Source: Dehalococcoidia bacterium (lineage in GTDB: Bacteria > Chloroflexota > Dehalococcoidia > E44-bin15). From it: a DNA stretch of 64,000 bases. The stretch is taken from positions 618,268 to 682,267 of the forward strand of contig JBAZEO010000001.1 of NCBI GenBank assembly GCA_041653935.1, in the 5' to 3' direction. Position numbers and translations under genes: made by a program. Positions 27,241 to 36,674 of this stretch are shown in pieces. Positions within the stretch are counted from its first letter, which is position 1. Each line of letters begins with the position of its first letter. The notes under the pieces are model-generated. The model worked only from the letters and a program-made list of their open reading frames with translations, did not search any database and had not been told where the DNA came from.

Positions 27241-28251
27241 CTACTGGCGATTTCTCCCGATCAACTTCACCTTTGCCAAAGAGAAATTCTCTTTCCACAG
27301 AAACACAAAGCCAAGCGCTATCACAGGAAAGAGGATAACAGCATGCAGAACGATAACGTAAGCGCTCACCGAGGCCTCATAAACCGAACTGACCACTCCT
27401 GCCGGTATGAATAACATCATTGTCGCTTTGCAGAAATAGTCAAAGGGACCGACACCTCCCGGTGCAACGAATATAAGCGCCCAGCTCAGACTGGCGACTG
27501 AGGTAACCAGCAGTATGATGTAAAATGGCTGCCCGAGATCGAAGGAGAGAGCTACCATGTAAAACAAACCGGCCTCACTCAGCCAGACCAGCACCGACAA
27601 TGCTAATGTAACCAAAAGCTGTTTGGGACTGCGCATGAATTTTAAGCCGTCTATCACATGCAGTAGCCATATTTTAACTGTACTACGCCATCTCTTCGGC
27701 AATATGAGCAGCAGAAGGTTTATCGCCTTATTCCTAAACCTTTCTGAGAAAACAAGCATCAAGCATAGCAGTAATGCAACTGAGAAGAGGCCAGCCGCGA
27801 TATCAACCGCCTGCTCAATTTTGCCGGATAATGGAGCAACTATCGATATTGATAAAGCAAACACCAGCAGTATTATCCCATCGAAAACCTGTTCGGCGAC
27901 CATCGTACCGCCAACTGACATCTTGCTGATATTTTCTTTCTCTCCCAGAATATACGCCCTGGCGATAATACCAAGGCGCCCCGGCAACACAATGTTCACT
28001 AGAAATCCGATTACCACCAGGGGAAAGAGTCTAAATGAGGAGAAATTGCCAAATGGCTTGAGGAAAAACTTCCAACGCACAGCGCGGAAATAGACGCCGC
28101 AGAAATAAATCAGCACACCGGGGATAAGAAACACATATTGCGCTTCTTTCAAGGCCCGTCCCATCTCAGCAAAATCCGTCCTGTAAAGAAACAGGAAAAG
28201 CAAGACTGCTGAGACTACCACCCCGAGCAAGAAGTGCCTATTTCTTAACAA
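27241..28251 (-). CDS. Flippase-like polytopic membrane protein (UPF0104 / lysyl-PG-synthase TM-domain family)
   Basis: 336 aa, about 8 TM, FRAVRWKFFL and PGRLG motifs typical of this family. Confidence 0.65.
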   Translation of the reverse strand: MLRNRHFLLGVVVSAVLLFLFLYRTDFAEMGRALKEAQYVFLIPGVLIYFCGVYFRAVRWKFFLKPFGNFSSFRLFPLVVIGFLVNIVLPGRLGIIARAYILGEKENISKMSVGGTMVAEQVFDGIILLVFALSISIVAPLSGKIEQAVDIAAGLFSVALLLCLMLVFSERFRNKAINLLLLILPKRWRSTVKIWLLHVIDGLKFMRSPKQLLVTLALSVLVWLSEAGLFYMVALSFDLGQPFYIILLVTSVASLSWALIFVAPGGVGPFDYFCKATMMLFIPAGVVSSVYEASVSAYVIVLHAVILFPVIALGFVFLWKENFSLAKVKLIGRNRQ

Positions 28252-28329
28252 TTAATTTCCCCTACATTTCGACGAAGCAATCACCAATTCGTGTATAACA
28301 CATAGCAATAAACCATATCACTGCATCAA

Positions 28330-29235
28330 TTAAGAAGAAAGCTCCTCGACGAATGCTTTTGCATTGAACGAGGCGATATCGTCTATGCCCTCGCCCGTTC
28401 CGATATACGAGATCGGTATCTTAAGCTGGTCGCAGATCGCCAGCACGATGCCGCCTTTGGCTGTACCGTCAAGTTTGGTCAGAATGATGCCGGTAACATC
28501 CACTGCCTCTGTGAAATATTTGGCTTGCGACAGCCCGTTCTGACCCGTTGTAGCATCCATGACAAGAAACACTTCATGAGGAGCTTTTGGATCACTCCGT
28601 GAAATAACGCGCTTGATCTTCTTCATCTCCTCCATCAAGTTAAACTTGGTATGAAGCCTCCCCGCCGTATCTATTAACAAAACATCTGTCTTGCGAGCCC
28701 GCGCCGCCTCCAGACCATCAAAGACCACCGCCCCAGGATCGGCACCTGATTTCTGATAGATCACATCAGCCCCGATTCTGTCTCCCAGTATCCTTATCTG
28801 CTCGATAGCTGCCGCGCGAAAGGTATCGGCAGCAGCAATGATGACCTTTTTCCCATTCTTTAAATATATATTTGCCAGCTTTGCTATTGATAATGTTTTT
28901 CCGACACCATTGACACCAACGATTAATATAACGAACGGGACAGATGATATGGCTTCCCGTTTATTAGTCGGAGCCGGCACTTGAAGCATGTCAACCATTT
29001 CTTGTTTAAGAGCAGCATAAATTTGCTCGCTGTCGCTAAGCTTATCGCTCTTCGCTCTGTTCCTGATGCGTTCGATCAATTTTGTGGCAGTGACGATCCC
29101 GACATCCGCTGAGATTAACAGTTCTTCCAGGTCATCCCAAAGTGTATCTGCTATTGTGGACCGTTCGAAAAGGGTGGTTACCTTGCTGAACCATCCTTCC
29201 TTGCTTCGTTTTAATACTTTGTCAAATATTCCCAC
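28330..29235 (-). CDS. ftsY: Signal recognition particle receptor FtsY (NG domain only)
   Basis: GVNGVGKT (G1), DTAGR (G3), TKLDGTAKGG (G4). Confidence 0.95.
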   Translation of the reverse strand: MGIFDKVLKRSKEGWFSKVTTLFERSTIADTLWDDLEELLISADVGIVTATKLIERIRNRAKSDKLSDSEQIYAALKQEMVDMLQVPAPTNKREAISSVPFVILIVGVNGVGKTLSIAKLANIYLKNGKKVIIAAADTFRAAAIEQIRILGDRIGADVIYQKSGADPGAVVFDGLEAARARKTDVLLIDTAGRLHTKFNLMEEMKKIKRVISRSDPKAPHEVFLVMDATTGQNGLSQAKYFTEAVDVTGIILTKLDGTAKGGIVLAICDQLKIPISYIGTGEGIDDIASFNAKAFVEELSS

Positions 29236-29287
29236 CGTTAAAACCTCACTTAAATTCAGCTATGATAACATGGCCTTATAAGCAGGG

Positions 29288-30169
29288 TCAACGAGTACTG
29301 GAGACAGTAAGTTTTTTATATCCTTCAGTTAGGCGTTCAGTCATCTTGCCCCTGGACCCGGACCCCACCGGCCTCCCGTCGATTGCAGCGATGGGCATAA
29401 TCTCAATAACCGAGTTTGTAATAAACACCTCTTCCGCATTCATCAGCCTCTCGACGCTAAAAGATTCCTGCGATACCTTAACACCGATACTGGGAGCCAA
29501 ATCGATTACAACTCTGCGTGTAATACCAGGCAGTATACCAGCCTCTATCGGAGGAGTGATGATCCTGCCTGCCTCAGCAACGAATATATTACTTGCGCTG
29601 CACTCTGCGACGCCCCCCTCATCATTGAGCAGTATAGCTTCGTCACACCCAGCATTAACAGCCTCAGCATGGGCAAGCATATTCTCCAGATAACCCAGCG
29701 TTTTCATACGGCACAATGGCGACTCGCTGTTTCTTCTGATACTAACGATGGAAGTACACAAACCTTTGGAATATGCGTCGGGAGACGGCAGAACCAGGTC
29801 CTCGACTATAATGATGATATTAAGCTTCCCAGCCGCCGGGGGTGTGAGTCCCCGACTGCCCTCACCAGCCGTAACTGTAAGCCTGACACGCGCATCATCG
29901 AGCTCGTTAGCCTTTAACGTCCTTAACACCGCTGTCTCCAATTTTTCGCGTTCTAACGACTCTCTGATGCCCAACACACCCGCTGAATTCACCAGACGAG
30001 CTATGTGACGGTCAAGGCAAAAAACATGGCCATTATAAGAGCGCATAGTCTCAAACAAGCCATAGCCATAAAGCAGACCACGATCGAAAACCGGTATTTG
30101 AGCCTTACCCCGGTTAATAATTTCTCCATTTATATAAACTAATTGTTCCATATATCTAAAACGTCTCAT
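29288..30169 (-). CDS. pabC: Aminodeoxychorismate lyase / class IV aminotransferase
   Basis: 293 aa. DRGLLYGYGLFET and fold-type IV PLP motifs, downstream of pabA. Alternative start at MEQLVY (30151), 4 nt after the pabA stop. Confidence 0.75.
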   Translation of the reverse strand: MRRFRYMEQLVYINGEIINRGKAQIPVFDRGLLYGYGLFETMRSYNGHVFCLDRHIARLVNSAGVLGIRESLEREKLETAVLRTLKANELDDARVRLTVTAGEGSRGLTPPAAGKLNIIIIVEDLVLPSPDAYSKGLCTSIVSIRRNSESPLCRMKTLGYLENMLAHAEAVNAGCDEAILLNDEGGVAECSASNIFVAEAGRIITPPIEAGILPGITRRVVIDLAPSIGVKVSQESFSVERLMNAEEVFITNSVIEIMPIAAIDGRPVGSGSRGKMTERLTEGYKKLTVSSTR

Positions 30170-30746
30170 TCCAAACCGGGCTAGATATGCTTAGAAAGCG
30201 CACTATCATATCGTATCCCACAGGTGTCAGCACCGATTCCGGATGGAATTGAACACCTTCGACAACAAACTTATTGTGGCGGATTCCCATAATATCGCCA
30301 TCCGCGGTCGCAGCCGAGACGACTAGAGAATCGGGCAGCGTTCCAGGCCGGATGGACAGAGAGTGATAACGACCTGCGGCAAAGGGATTTTCAACGCCTG
30401 CATAAATAGTATGACTGTCATGGTATATAGGTGACGATTTTCCATGCACCGGCCGCGTCCGCTCGATACGCCCCCCGTACACATGTCCGATACACTGATG
30501 CCCCAGACATACGCCCAATATCGGAATCTTGCCTGCAAAACTCTTTACTACATCATTGGATATGCCGGCATCCAGAGGCGATTTGGGCCCCGGCGATATG
30601 ATGATATGCGATGGAGCCATCTTCTCGATATCATCAATGCTGATAGCATCGTTGCGGGATACAGCAGGCTCAGCGCCGTCTTGCCCGACATATTGAGCCA
30701 GGTTGAACACAAAGGAATCGTAATTATCGATTATCAGCACTACCAT
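30156..30746 (-). CDS. pabA: Aminodeoxychorismate/anthranilate synthase component II (glutamine amidotransferase)
   Basis: 196 aa. GVCLGHQ nucleophile elbow and QFHPES. Confidence 0.9.
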   Translation of the reverse strand: MVVLIIDNYDSFVFNLAQYVGQDGAEPAVSRNDAISIDDIEKMAPSHIIISPGPKSPLDAGISNDVVKSFAGKIPILGVCLGHQCIGHVYGGRIERTRPVHGKSSPIYHDSHTIYAGVENPFAAGRYHSLSIRPGTLPDSLVVSAATADGDIMGIRHNKFVVEGVQFHPESVLTPVGYDMIVRFLSISSPVWNETF

Positions 30747-30748
30747 GA

Positions 30749-31036
30749 CTAAGCTTCCAATCGCTTCTTCATTTCATTAATCGTTTCCTGAAAATGCTCG
30801 GCCGTTTTAGCAGCGTGCAGCATCTCTCTCTGCAAACCCTTCATTTTCTTCTGTAGATCATCTATCATCTGGCTGGAATCTTCAGTCCCTGTGGAAATCA
30901 ATTGCAGATCCAGCTGAAAATCGCGCAGGAATCCCTGAGATACCTCGATAAATTGTTTAAAACCGTTTACGATCTTGGGTAAAGTATTAATTATCAAATC
31001 CTCGGGAGATCCAATGGGATATTTTTTTGCTGACAT
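30749..31036 (-). CDS. Small helical hypothetical protein embedded in the pab operon
   Basis: 95 aa, no Cys, predicted coiled/helical C-terminal half (DDLQKKMKGLQREMLHAAKTAEHFQETINEMKKRLEA). 4-nt and 2-nt gaps to pabB and pabA. Confidence 0.6.
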   Translation of the reverse strand: MSAKKYPIGSPEDLIINTLPKIVNGFKQFIEVSQGFLRDFQLDLQLISTGTEDSSQMIDDLQKKMKGLQREMLHAAKTAEHFQETINEMKKRLEA

Positions 31037-31040
31037 TCGA

Positions 31041-32525
31041 TCAACTCCTTACTCTTTTAGCCACATTATGCAATCCTAACGCTGCCATAAGCGCCCGCGC
31101 TTTATCCAGCGTCTCCTGATACTCTGCTGCTGGATCTGAATCTGAAACGATGCCGCCGCCGACTTGAAAATGGACCTTGCCCCCCTTGATTACGAACGTG
31201 CGTATCACAATATTCAAATCCATGCAGCCATCGAAACCCAGATAACCGACCGAGCCTGTGTAAATACCCCTTCTCGTAGGCTCAAGTTCATCTATTATCT
31301 CCATAGCCCGTACTTTTGGCGCACCTGTAACCGAGCCCCCGGGGAAAGCAGCCTTGAGCAAATCAATCCTATCCTTATCCTCCCTTAGCCTGCCCGCAAC
31401 AGTGGACGTAAGCTGAAATACCGTCGCATACTTTTCAAGCGTGCATAAATCACTAACCTTAACTGAACCGTATTCACACACCTTACCAAGATCATTCCGT
31501 TCGAGATCAACAATCATGATATTTTCAGCTTGATCCTTTTCACTTTTAAGAAGCTCAGCCGCAAGTACGTCATCTTCAACAGGTGAACGCCCCCTCGGAC
31601 GCGTGCCTTTCATCGGCCTTGTTTGCACTACTTCGCCGTCGAGGTGCAGGAATCTCTCTGGAGAAGCACCAGCTATTGTCACGTCACCGAAGTTCAAATA
31701 GCAGGCAAAAGGCGACGGATTTATACCTCGCAGTCCTAAGTACAGATCATAAGGATCGACAGCTAAATCGACAGCGAAGCGCTGCGATAGATTGACCTGA
31801 AAGATATCGCCATCAACAATATATTTGATAGCATCCTCCACAGCTTTAATATATTCATCGTGCGTAAAGTTAGAGTAAACTTCTCCCATATTGTGCATAT
31901 GTGTAAACAGTGTCCGAGATTGGATTCCTCTCGCACGTTTTGCACTGTCATTCCGACCGTTACGGCTCACCAAATGCGACAACTCGCTAATGCGCTGTCT
32001 GGCTTTTTTCTCCCTCTGTACCCTATCGGTATCAGGTAACCCTGAGGCAATTGCATAAACCCTGTTCTCAACATGATCATAAGCGACAACAGAATCATAG
32101 AAAGCCATACAGCAATCGGGGAGCATCAGATCATCCGTCGTAGTAACAGGTAAACGCTCGATGAAGTGGCATAAGTCATATCCGAAATAACCCACTGCGC
32201 CGCCAATAAACGGTACTGGGTATTTGGACTCATCGATCTTGTATCGATCCAGCTGCTCCCTCAGAATATCAAAGGGATTGCCTCTAAGCGAAATTCGATC
32301 ATCGTGCGAAACCAGCTGTATATCCCCGCCACGGCTGCTGAATACAAGAAAAGGGTCGCTGCCTATGAAAGAATACCGCCCCAGGCCGTAAGAATTGATC
32401 CCGCTATCCAGGAAGAAACTCCAGGGACGATCCTTAAGAACTCCGTAGGCATCAGGTGCGTCGAGACAGTCTTTCAGCTCATCGACAAAAGGATAATTAT
32501 GTGATCGACTCCGGATGCTTACCAT
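31041..32525 (-). CDS. pabB: Aminodeoxychorismate synthase component I
   Basis: 494 aa chorismate-binding enzyme. FPGGSVTGAPKVRAMEII and GIYTGSVGY. Confidence 0.88.
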   Translation of the reverse strand: MVSIRSRSHNYPFVDELKDCLDAPDAYGVLKDRPWSFFLDSGINSYGLGRYSFIGSDPFLVFSSRGGDIQLVSHDDRISLRGNPFDILREQLDRYKIDESKYPVPFIGGAVGYFGYDLCHFIERLPVTTTDDLMLPDCCMAFYDSVVAYDHVENRVYAIASGLPDTDRVQREKKARQRISELSHLVSRNGRNDSAKRARGIQSRTLFTHMHNMGEVYSNFTHDEYIKAVEDAIKYIVDGDIFQVNLSQRFAVDLAVDPYDLYLGLRGINPSPFACYLNFGDVTIAGASPERFLHLDGEVVQTRPMKGTRPRGRSPVEDDVLAAELLKSEKDQAENIMIVDLERNDLGKVCEYGSVKVSDLCTLEKYATVFQLTSTVAGRLREDKDRIDLLKAAFPGGSVTGAPKVRAMEIIDELEPTRRGIYTGSVGYLGFDGCMDLNIVIRTFVIKGGKVHFQVGGGIVSDSDPAAEYQETLDKARALMAALGLHNVAKRVRS

Positions 32526-32544
32526 GGGTCACTTACCTTGAGCC

Positions 32545-33417
32545 TTATTGGATGGTCAACCTGGTCACTTCGACCGGATGCGCTTTCCTCTTCACTAATT
32601 TAAGACGCAGTAGCAGGAAGAAAATAAGCGACAAAATCAAAAGCGGGAACCAGGAAAGTACAAACGTTGCCAGTATCAATACAGAGAAAGCGATTGCAGC
32701 AAGCACCATCGGGACATAGCCTTGATATGGCTCCATATCATTCTGTAGATCATTATCAAGATAATTGCGCAGGTCCTCTAATATCTGAGACTTATTTATA
32801 TCTTCTTCTGGAAAGACGTTATCTATGACATGGTCACGAATGAAACTGATTATACCGCTTATCGCCTGATCGTTAAGTTGATAGCCATTTGCATTTATCT
32901 CTTCAGCATATCCGAAATGAATGCTGGTGCATGTTAGTGCGGCAAGAACCACCAGGAGAACGGTCTGGCTTCCGCGGATCTGCCATATTGAGAATTTTAT
33001 GCGATGAGCAATCTCCGCCCTGATGCCTGCGAGATAGACAAGCCCCATCACAAAATAAATCACCGCTACTACCAAGCTAAGTATTGAGATTTCAAATGTC
33101 AAAAACAAAGACAATGAGGAGACAAGGAAACAAAGGGCTGCCACCCAAAATGGACGGATTAGAATAGCAACAAATCCGGCAGTTACTGCAACTGCTGCGA
33201 AAGATCCCATCACGCATAAACCCAATCGAATGGCATCCCAAAGGCCCCATGTCCCCGGAACCAGATATGTATAGCCATCCCCAGCCCACTTCAGAGCAAG
33301 GCCAAAGAAAGCACCGGCACCGGCCAGCAGCAAACCGAATACTACAACCTTCACCAGCCAGGTGATATCTACGCGCTTTTTAGTACTTGCATCCTGTTTC
33401 ACATTGTCCTGTGTCAT
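32545..33417 (-). CDS. Polytopic membrane protein with acidic soluble loop, downstream of the HerA-like ATPase
   Basis: 290 aa from MTQDNVK (AAGGAG RBS 7 nt upstream; track start 33462 would overlap the ATPase). About 6 TM, then an acidic loop of about 65 aa, then 2 TM. Confidence 0.65.
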   Translation of the reverse strand: MTQDNVKQDASTKKRVDITWLVKVVVFGLLLAGAGAFFGLALKWAGDGYTYLVPGTWGLWDAIRLGLCVMGSFAAVAVTAGFVAILIRPFWVAALCFLVSSLSLFLTFEISILSLVVAVIYFVMGLVYLAGIRAEIAHRIKFSIWQIRGSQTVLLVVLAALTCTSIHFGYAEEINANGYQLNDQAISGIISFIRDHVIDNVFPEEDINKSQILEDLRNYLDNDLQNDMEPYQGYVPMVLAAIAFSVLILATFVLSWFPLLILSLIFFLLLRLKLVKRKAHPVEVTRLTIQ

Positions 33418-33451
33418 TTTCCGACTCCTTGTGACGCGGCTTCGTGTACCG

Positions 33452-35080
33452 TCACTCCGCAAACAGATCCTTTAAATCCTTATCCGAATCTTTCTTGCGT
33501 TCCAGCGCATCACGAATCCCAAGCTCTTTATACGACTCGGGTGTGCCATAATCACGCGTCTTCACCACGACCGGCATCGGGACGGCATAGCCGAAGATGA
33601 GCGCCTGTTGCTTTGAATCCAGTTTCGCCAGAACTGACTTGAGTTCACTCTTACCTGACACACCCATGAGCACACTCTCAACATCTCTCTCATTATCCAG
33701 AAGGCACGTTATTTTCGTGCCCAGTTGACTCATAACCTCTTCATCGATGCCGCTGGGACGCTGGTCGACTACGAGCAGAGTTACGTTATATTTCCTCATC
33801 TCACGGGCGATGGTGCCAAAGATCGTCTGCCCGGCCAGCTCGTGGCTGAGAAACTTGTGCGCCTCCTCGATAGTAATTACTAAGGGCTTGGGCTTGGCGC
33901 TGCCCTCAGCCATTGCCCGCTCCATCCTTTCACGGTACATTGCATGTATGCGCCGTGTGAGCAAGTTCGCCACCAATATATATGCCGCCGTATTATCTCC
34001 ATAGCGCCCAAAATCGAGCACTACATGTATCCCGCGTTCCAGATAGCTCAGAATGCTGTCGATAGCGCTGCCCTTTGCCTCCGAAACCAGAAATGGCATG
34101 CGCTTTAATACGCTGAGACGACGGTGCAGCGCCGCTATAGTTGCCTCGTGTTCCCCGAGGCTTTCCGCCAGCTCATTCAGCGCATCCTTACCTTCAATGG
34201 CAAGGAACTCCTCCAGCCACTTTCGCCCCTTGAAGTGACGGGCCAGCCGATACGGCACCCCCACCGCAGCGTCGGTGAGATCCAGCGTTTCCTTAAGCAG
34301 CGCAATATCATCAGGCTCGATCTCGTCGTACCCTATCTTGACCTCGTAATCAGGAGAAGCCTTGCGCCTGCGCGCGCTTTCCGCATCGAGCGCAAAGATA
34401 GCTACTTTCGAGCCAAAGAGCTGCTTCAATCCCTTTACGTCTAGTTTTTTACCTTCCGTCATTGGACTCCAGCCATAATCGCTATGCATATCGAATACTA
34501 AATTAACAGCCGCCCCTTCTTGCAGTATACCGATAAGAAGCAACCTGGTAAGAAATGTCTTACCGGTACCAGTCTTCCCAAACACCCCACCGGAGCGCTC
34601 CACAAGCTTATGCGGATCCAAACGCACTTTGGTCTCCATATCGAGCGGCGTTCCGATGTAGAACTGACCTTTGGCCACAGAACCGAATACAGAGCCGATA
34701 TCATTCTCGCTGGCCTCACGCACAACCGAGAAGTGCGCCGGCACCGTCTTCACCGGTTCAGGCCCTTCGAGCAAAGCATCAGCGCCACCGCCTATAGTGA
34801 GCATTGGCAGAACATGCACCCTGCCGAAGGTGCTGGTGCCGTTAATAACTTCTGCGATGAAGGGATCAGAGACATCAGGCGGTGCTGACATGATGCGTTG
34901 ATCCGAAGCATCAAGTGTGACATCCGTTACCATACCGAAGAACCTTCGTTTCTGCCCTTCGATAGTGACATAGCGACCGACCGCCAGGTCTTCGACGGAT
35001 ATATCGCCATCGAGCCTTACGTCAATCCCCTTTGTCAGCGCGCCGGAAATAACGAAACCCAGCTTGCGATCCTCTGTCAC
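33452..35080 (-). CDS. HerA-like (DUF87) FtsK/HerA-superfamily ATPase with N-terminal HAS-barrel
   Basis: 542 aa. N-terminal barrel (GRYVTIEG...FFGMVTDV), Walker A GKTGTGKT, Walker B VITIEEAH, LLVVDQRPS. Confidence 0.85.
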   Translation of the reverse strand: MTEDRKLGFVISGALTKGIDVRLDGDISVEDLAVGRYVTIEGQKRRFFGMVTDVTLDASDQRIMSAPPDVSDPFIAEVINGTSTFGRVHVLPMLTIGGGADALLEGPEPVKTVPAHFSVVREASENDIGSVFGSVAKGQFYIGTPLDMETKVRLDPHKLVERSGGVFGKTGTGKTFLTRLLLIGILQEGAAVNLVFDMHSDYGWSPMTEGKKLDVKGLKQLFGSKVAIFALDAESARRRKASPDYEVKIGYDEIEPDDIALLKETLDLTDAAVGVPYRLARHFKGRKWLEEFLAIEGKDALNELAESLGEHEATIAALHRRLSVLKRMPFLVSEAKGSAIDSILSYLERGIHVVLDFGRYGDNTAAYILVANLLTRRIHAMYRERMERAMAEGSAKPKPLVITIEEAHKFLSHELAGQTIFGTIAREMRKYNVTLLVVDQRPSGIDEEVMSQLGTKITCLLDNERDVESVLMGVSGKSELKSVLAKLDSKQQALIFGYAVPMPVVVKTRDYGTPESYKELGIRDALERKKDSDKDLKDLFAE

Positions 35081-35673
35081 ACCCTTACCTTCTTTAATAT
35101 TATGTTAAGTCTATTAGTATCGCCCGCAATCATATGCGCAAGCTCCTTGCCGGCACGTATCAGAAACTCTCGCGGTTCCGAATACGCCGCAGCGGCATTG
35201 CGCAGAGTTGCGGCGATAAGCTCATTCGACCGTTCCGGGACATCAATGAGCATGCTGAGATACGTAAGCGACTGATTGAATACAGCTACTTCATCAGATT
35301 CACAAGGGTACACGAAGCTATGAATCCTAGCGGGGCGCGGCGGCATATACTGGCTGACCCTGCCATCATCGCCGTGGCCAACCACCAGCGCGCTGAACTC
35401 AGTGCGCATCAGCTTCTCAAGTTGAGGATTGGAGCGATAGATATCTTCCTCCTTAATATCTCCCCGTCCGCGGGCTATGGGACGGCGGCCAGCTTCGATG
35501 CTGCTGGTGGAGGCACCTGATATCACGGCATAGATATCGATATTGCCCTCTCTCGTCCGCACCAAACTGCCAAAGGAGGGAGGAGTGTGCAGCTCGTAGC
35601 ATTCAGCCATAAAGCTGTCTGTAGAAGATTTTACGACTTCGCCGATCTTCGTTGACAAACTATTACACTCCAC
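35077..35673 (-). CDS. HAS-barrel-like small partner protein of the HerA-like ATPase
   Basis: 198 aa. N-terminus IGEVVKSSTDSFMAEC...FGSLVRT...IYAVI resembles a stand-alone HerA N-terminal barrel. ATGA overlap with the ATPase gene. Confidence 0.5.
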   Translation of the reverse strand: MECNSLSTKIGEVVKSSTDSFMAECYELHTPPSFGSLVRTREGNIDIYAVISGASTSSIEAGRRPIARGRGDIKEEDIYRSNPQLEKLMRTEFSALVVGHGDDGRVSQYMPPRPARIHSFVYPCESDEVAVFNQSLTYLSMLIDVPERSNELIAATLRNAAAAYSEPREFLIRAGKELAHMIAGDTNRLNIILKKVRV

Positions 35674-35674
35674 C

Positions 35675-36001
35675 TTATCCTGTTACCTTGCAAAAACTCA
35701 GGCCGATCACACCCGCGATTATCAAAGCGATCGAAGCCATCTTTAGTACAGTCACCGGCTCTTTGAAGTAAAAGATTCCGATAGCTGCGATAAGGGACAT
35801 GCCGATGCCGCACCATATGGCGTAAGCAGCGCTAAGATTGATGCCATTCTTCAGCGCCCGCGAGAAAACACCGAAGGAAATACCGTAGAAAACAAAAATC
35901 AGAACCGACGGCGCCAACTTACTGAAACCATCCGACAGCTTCATGCAGGTTGTGCCCGCCACTTCAAAAACTATCGCTACAAATAAAAGAAACCAGCCCA
36001 T
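35675..36001 (-). CDS. Small multidrug resistance (SMR/EmrE-type) transporter
   Basis: 108 aa, 4 TM, conserved TM1 Glu in AIVFEVAGTTCMK. Stop is 1 nt from the start of the HAS-barrel gene. Confidence 0.88.
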   Translation of the reverse strand: MGWFLLFVAIVFEVAGTTCMKLSDGFSKLAPSVLIFVFYGISFGVFSRALKNGINLSAAYAIWCGIGMSLIAAIGIFYFKEPVTVLKMASIALIIAGVIGLSFCKVTG

Positions 36002-36032
36002 TTAATCCCCCCGACAACTGATATCACTGGCA

Positions 36033-36638
36033 TCACAACTTCTTCGACATTCGTACAAACTCGAATTTCTCTCCGTTTATTACAGTACTTTTCGGCTCTC
36101 CGGCTTCCTGCATCCCGAATCTCTTATAGAACCTGATAGCATCCTTGTTGTACGTCTCGGCATCCAGATCTATCTTGTCGGCTCCGGCTGCAAGAGCCTG
36201 CTCCTGCGTAAATTTCAACATCTCCATGCCCAACCCCCTGCTCCTGAACTCCGGATAGAACCCGAGCACGGCGACATAGTATGTTCCGTCATCCATGCGG
36301 CCCAGGTTCTCAGCGGACCACTGCATATGCCGCATCTGCTTGAAAAACCTCAGGCCCATGCTTCGAATGATCAAAAGCGTCGTCTTATTCTGCTCTTTCT
36401 TATTGGCCTTCCAATCATATGCGACGGTCATACCGGCATTCTTGCCGTCAACCTTCATGAAACACGTATGTGTGAAGCCCAGCATATTGTCGCGATGATG
36501 AAAGAGGCTCCTGTGAACTTTGTCATGCGTGCCGGCGTAGAGCGCCGGCAGATACTTGGGCGCAGCTATGAGAGCCAGACGCGCAAAATCCTCCGTGCTG
36601 TCAGTGGCCATAGCCGATACTATGCTGTGCTCATCCAC
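36033..36638 (-). CDS. GNAT family N-acetyltransferase
   Basis: 201 aa. RSRGLGMEMLKF...AIRFYKRFGM acetyl-CoA binding core. Confidence 0.85.
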   Translation of the reverse strand: MDEHSIVSAMATDSTEDFARLALIAAPKYLPALYAGTHDKVHRSLFHHRDNMLGFTHTCFMKVDGKNAGMTVAYDWKANKKEQNKTTLLIIRSMGLRFFKQMRHMQWSAENLGRMDDGTYYVAVLGFYPEFRSRGLGMEMLKFTQEQALAAGADKIDLDAETYNKDAIRFYKRFGMQEAGEPKSTVINGEKFEFVRMSKKL

Positions 36639-36674
36639 AATACAAATCTCCTTCGATAAAAACGAACCTTCTCC

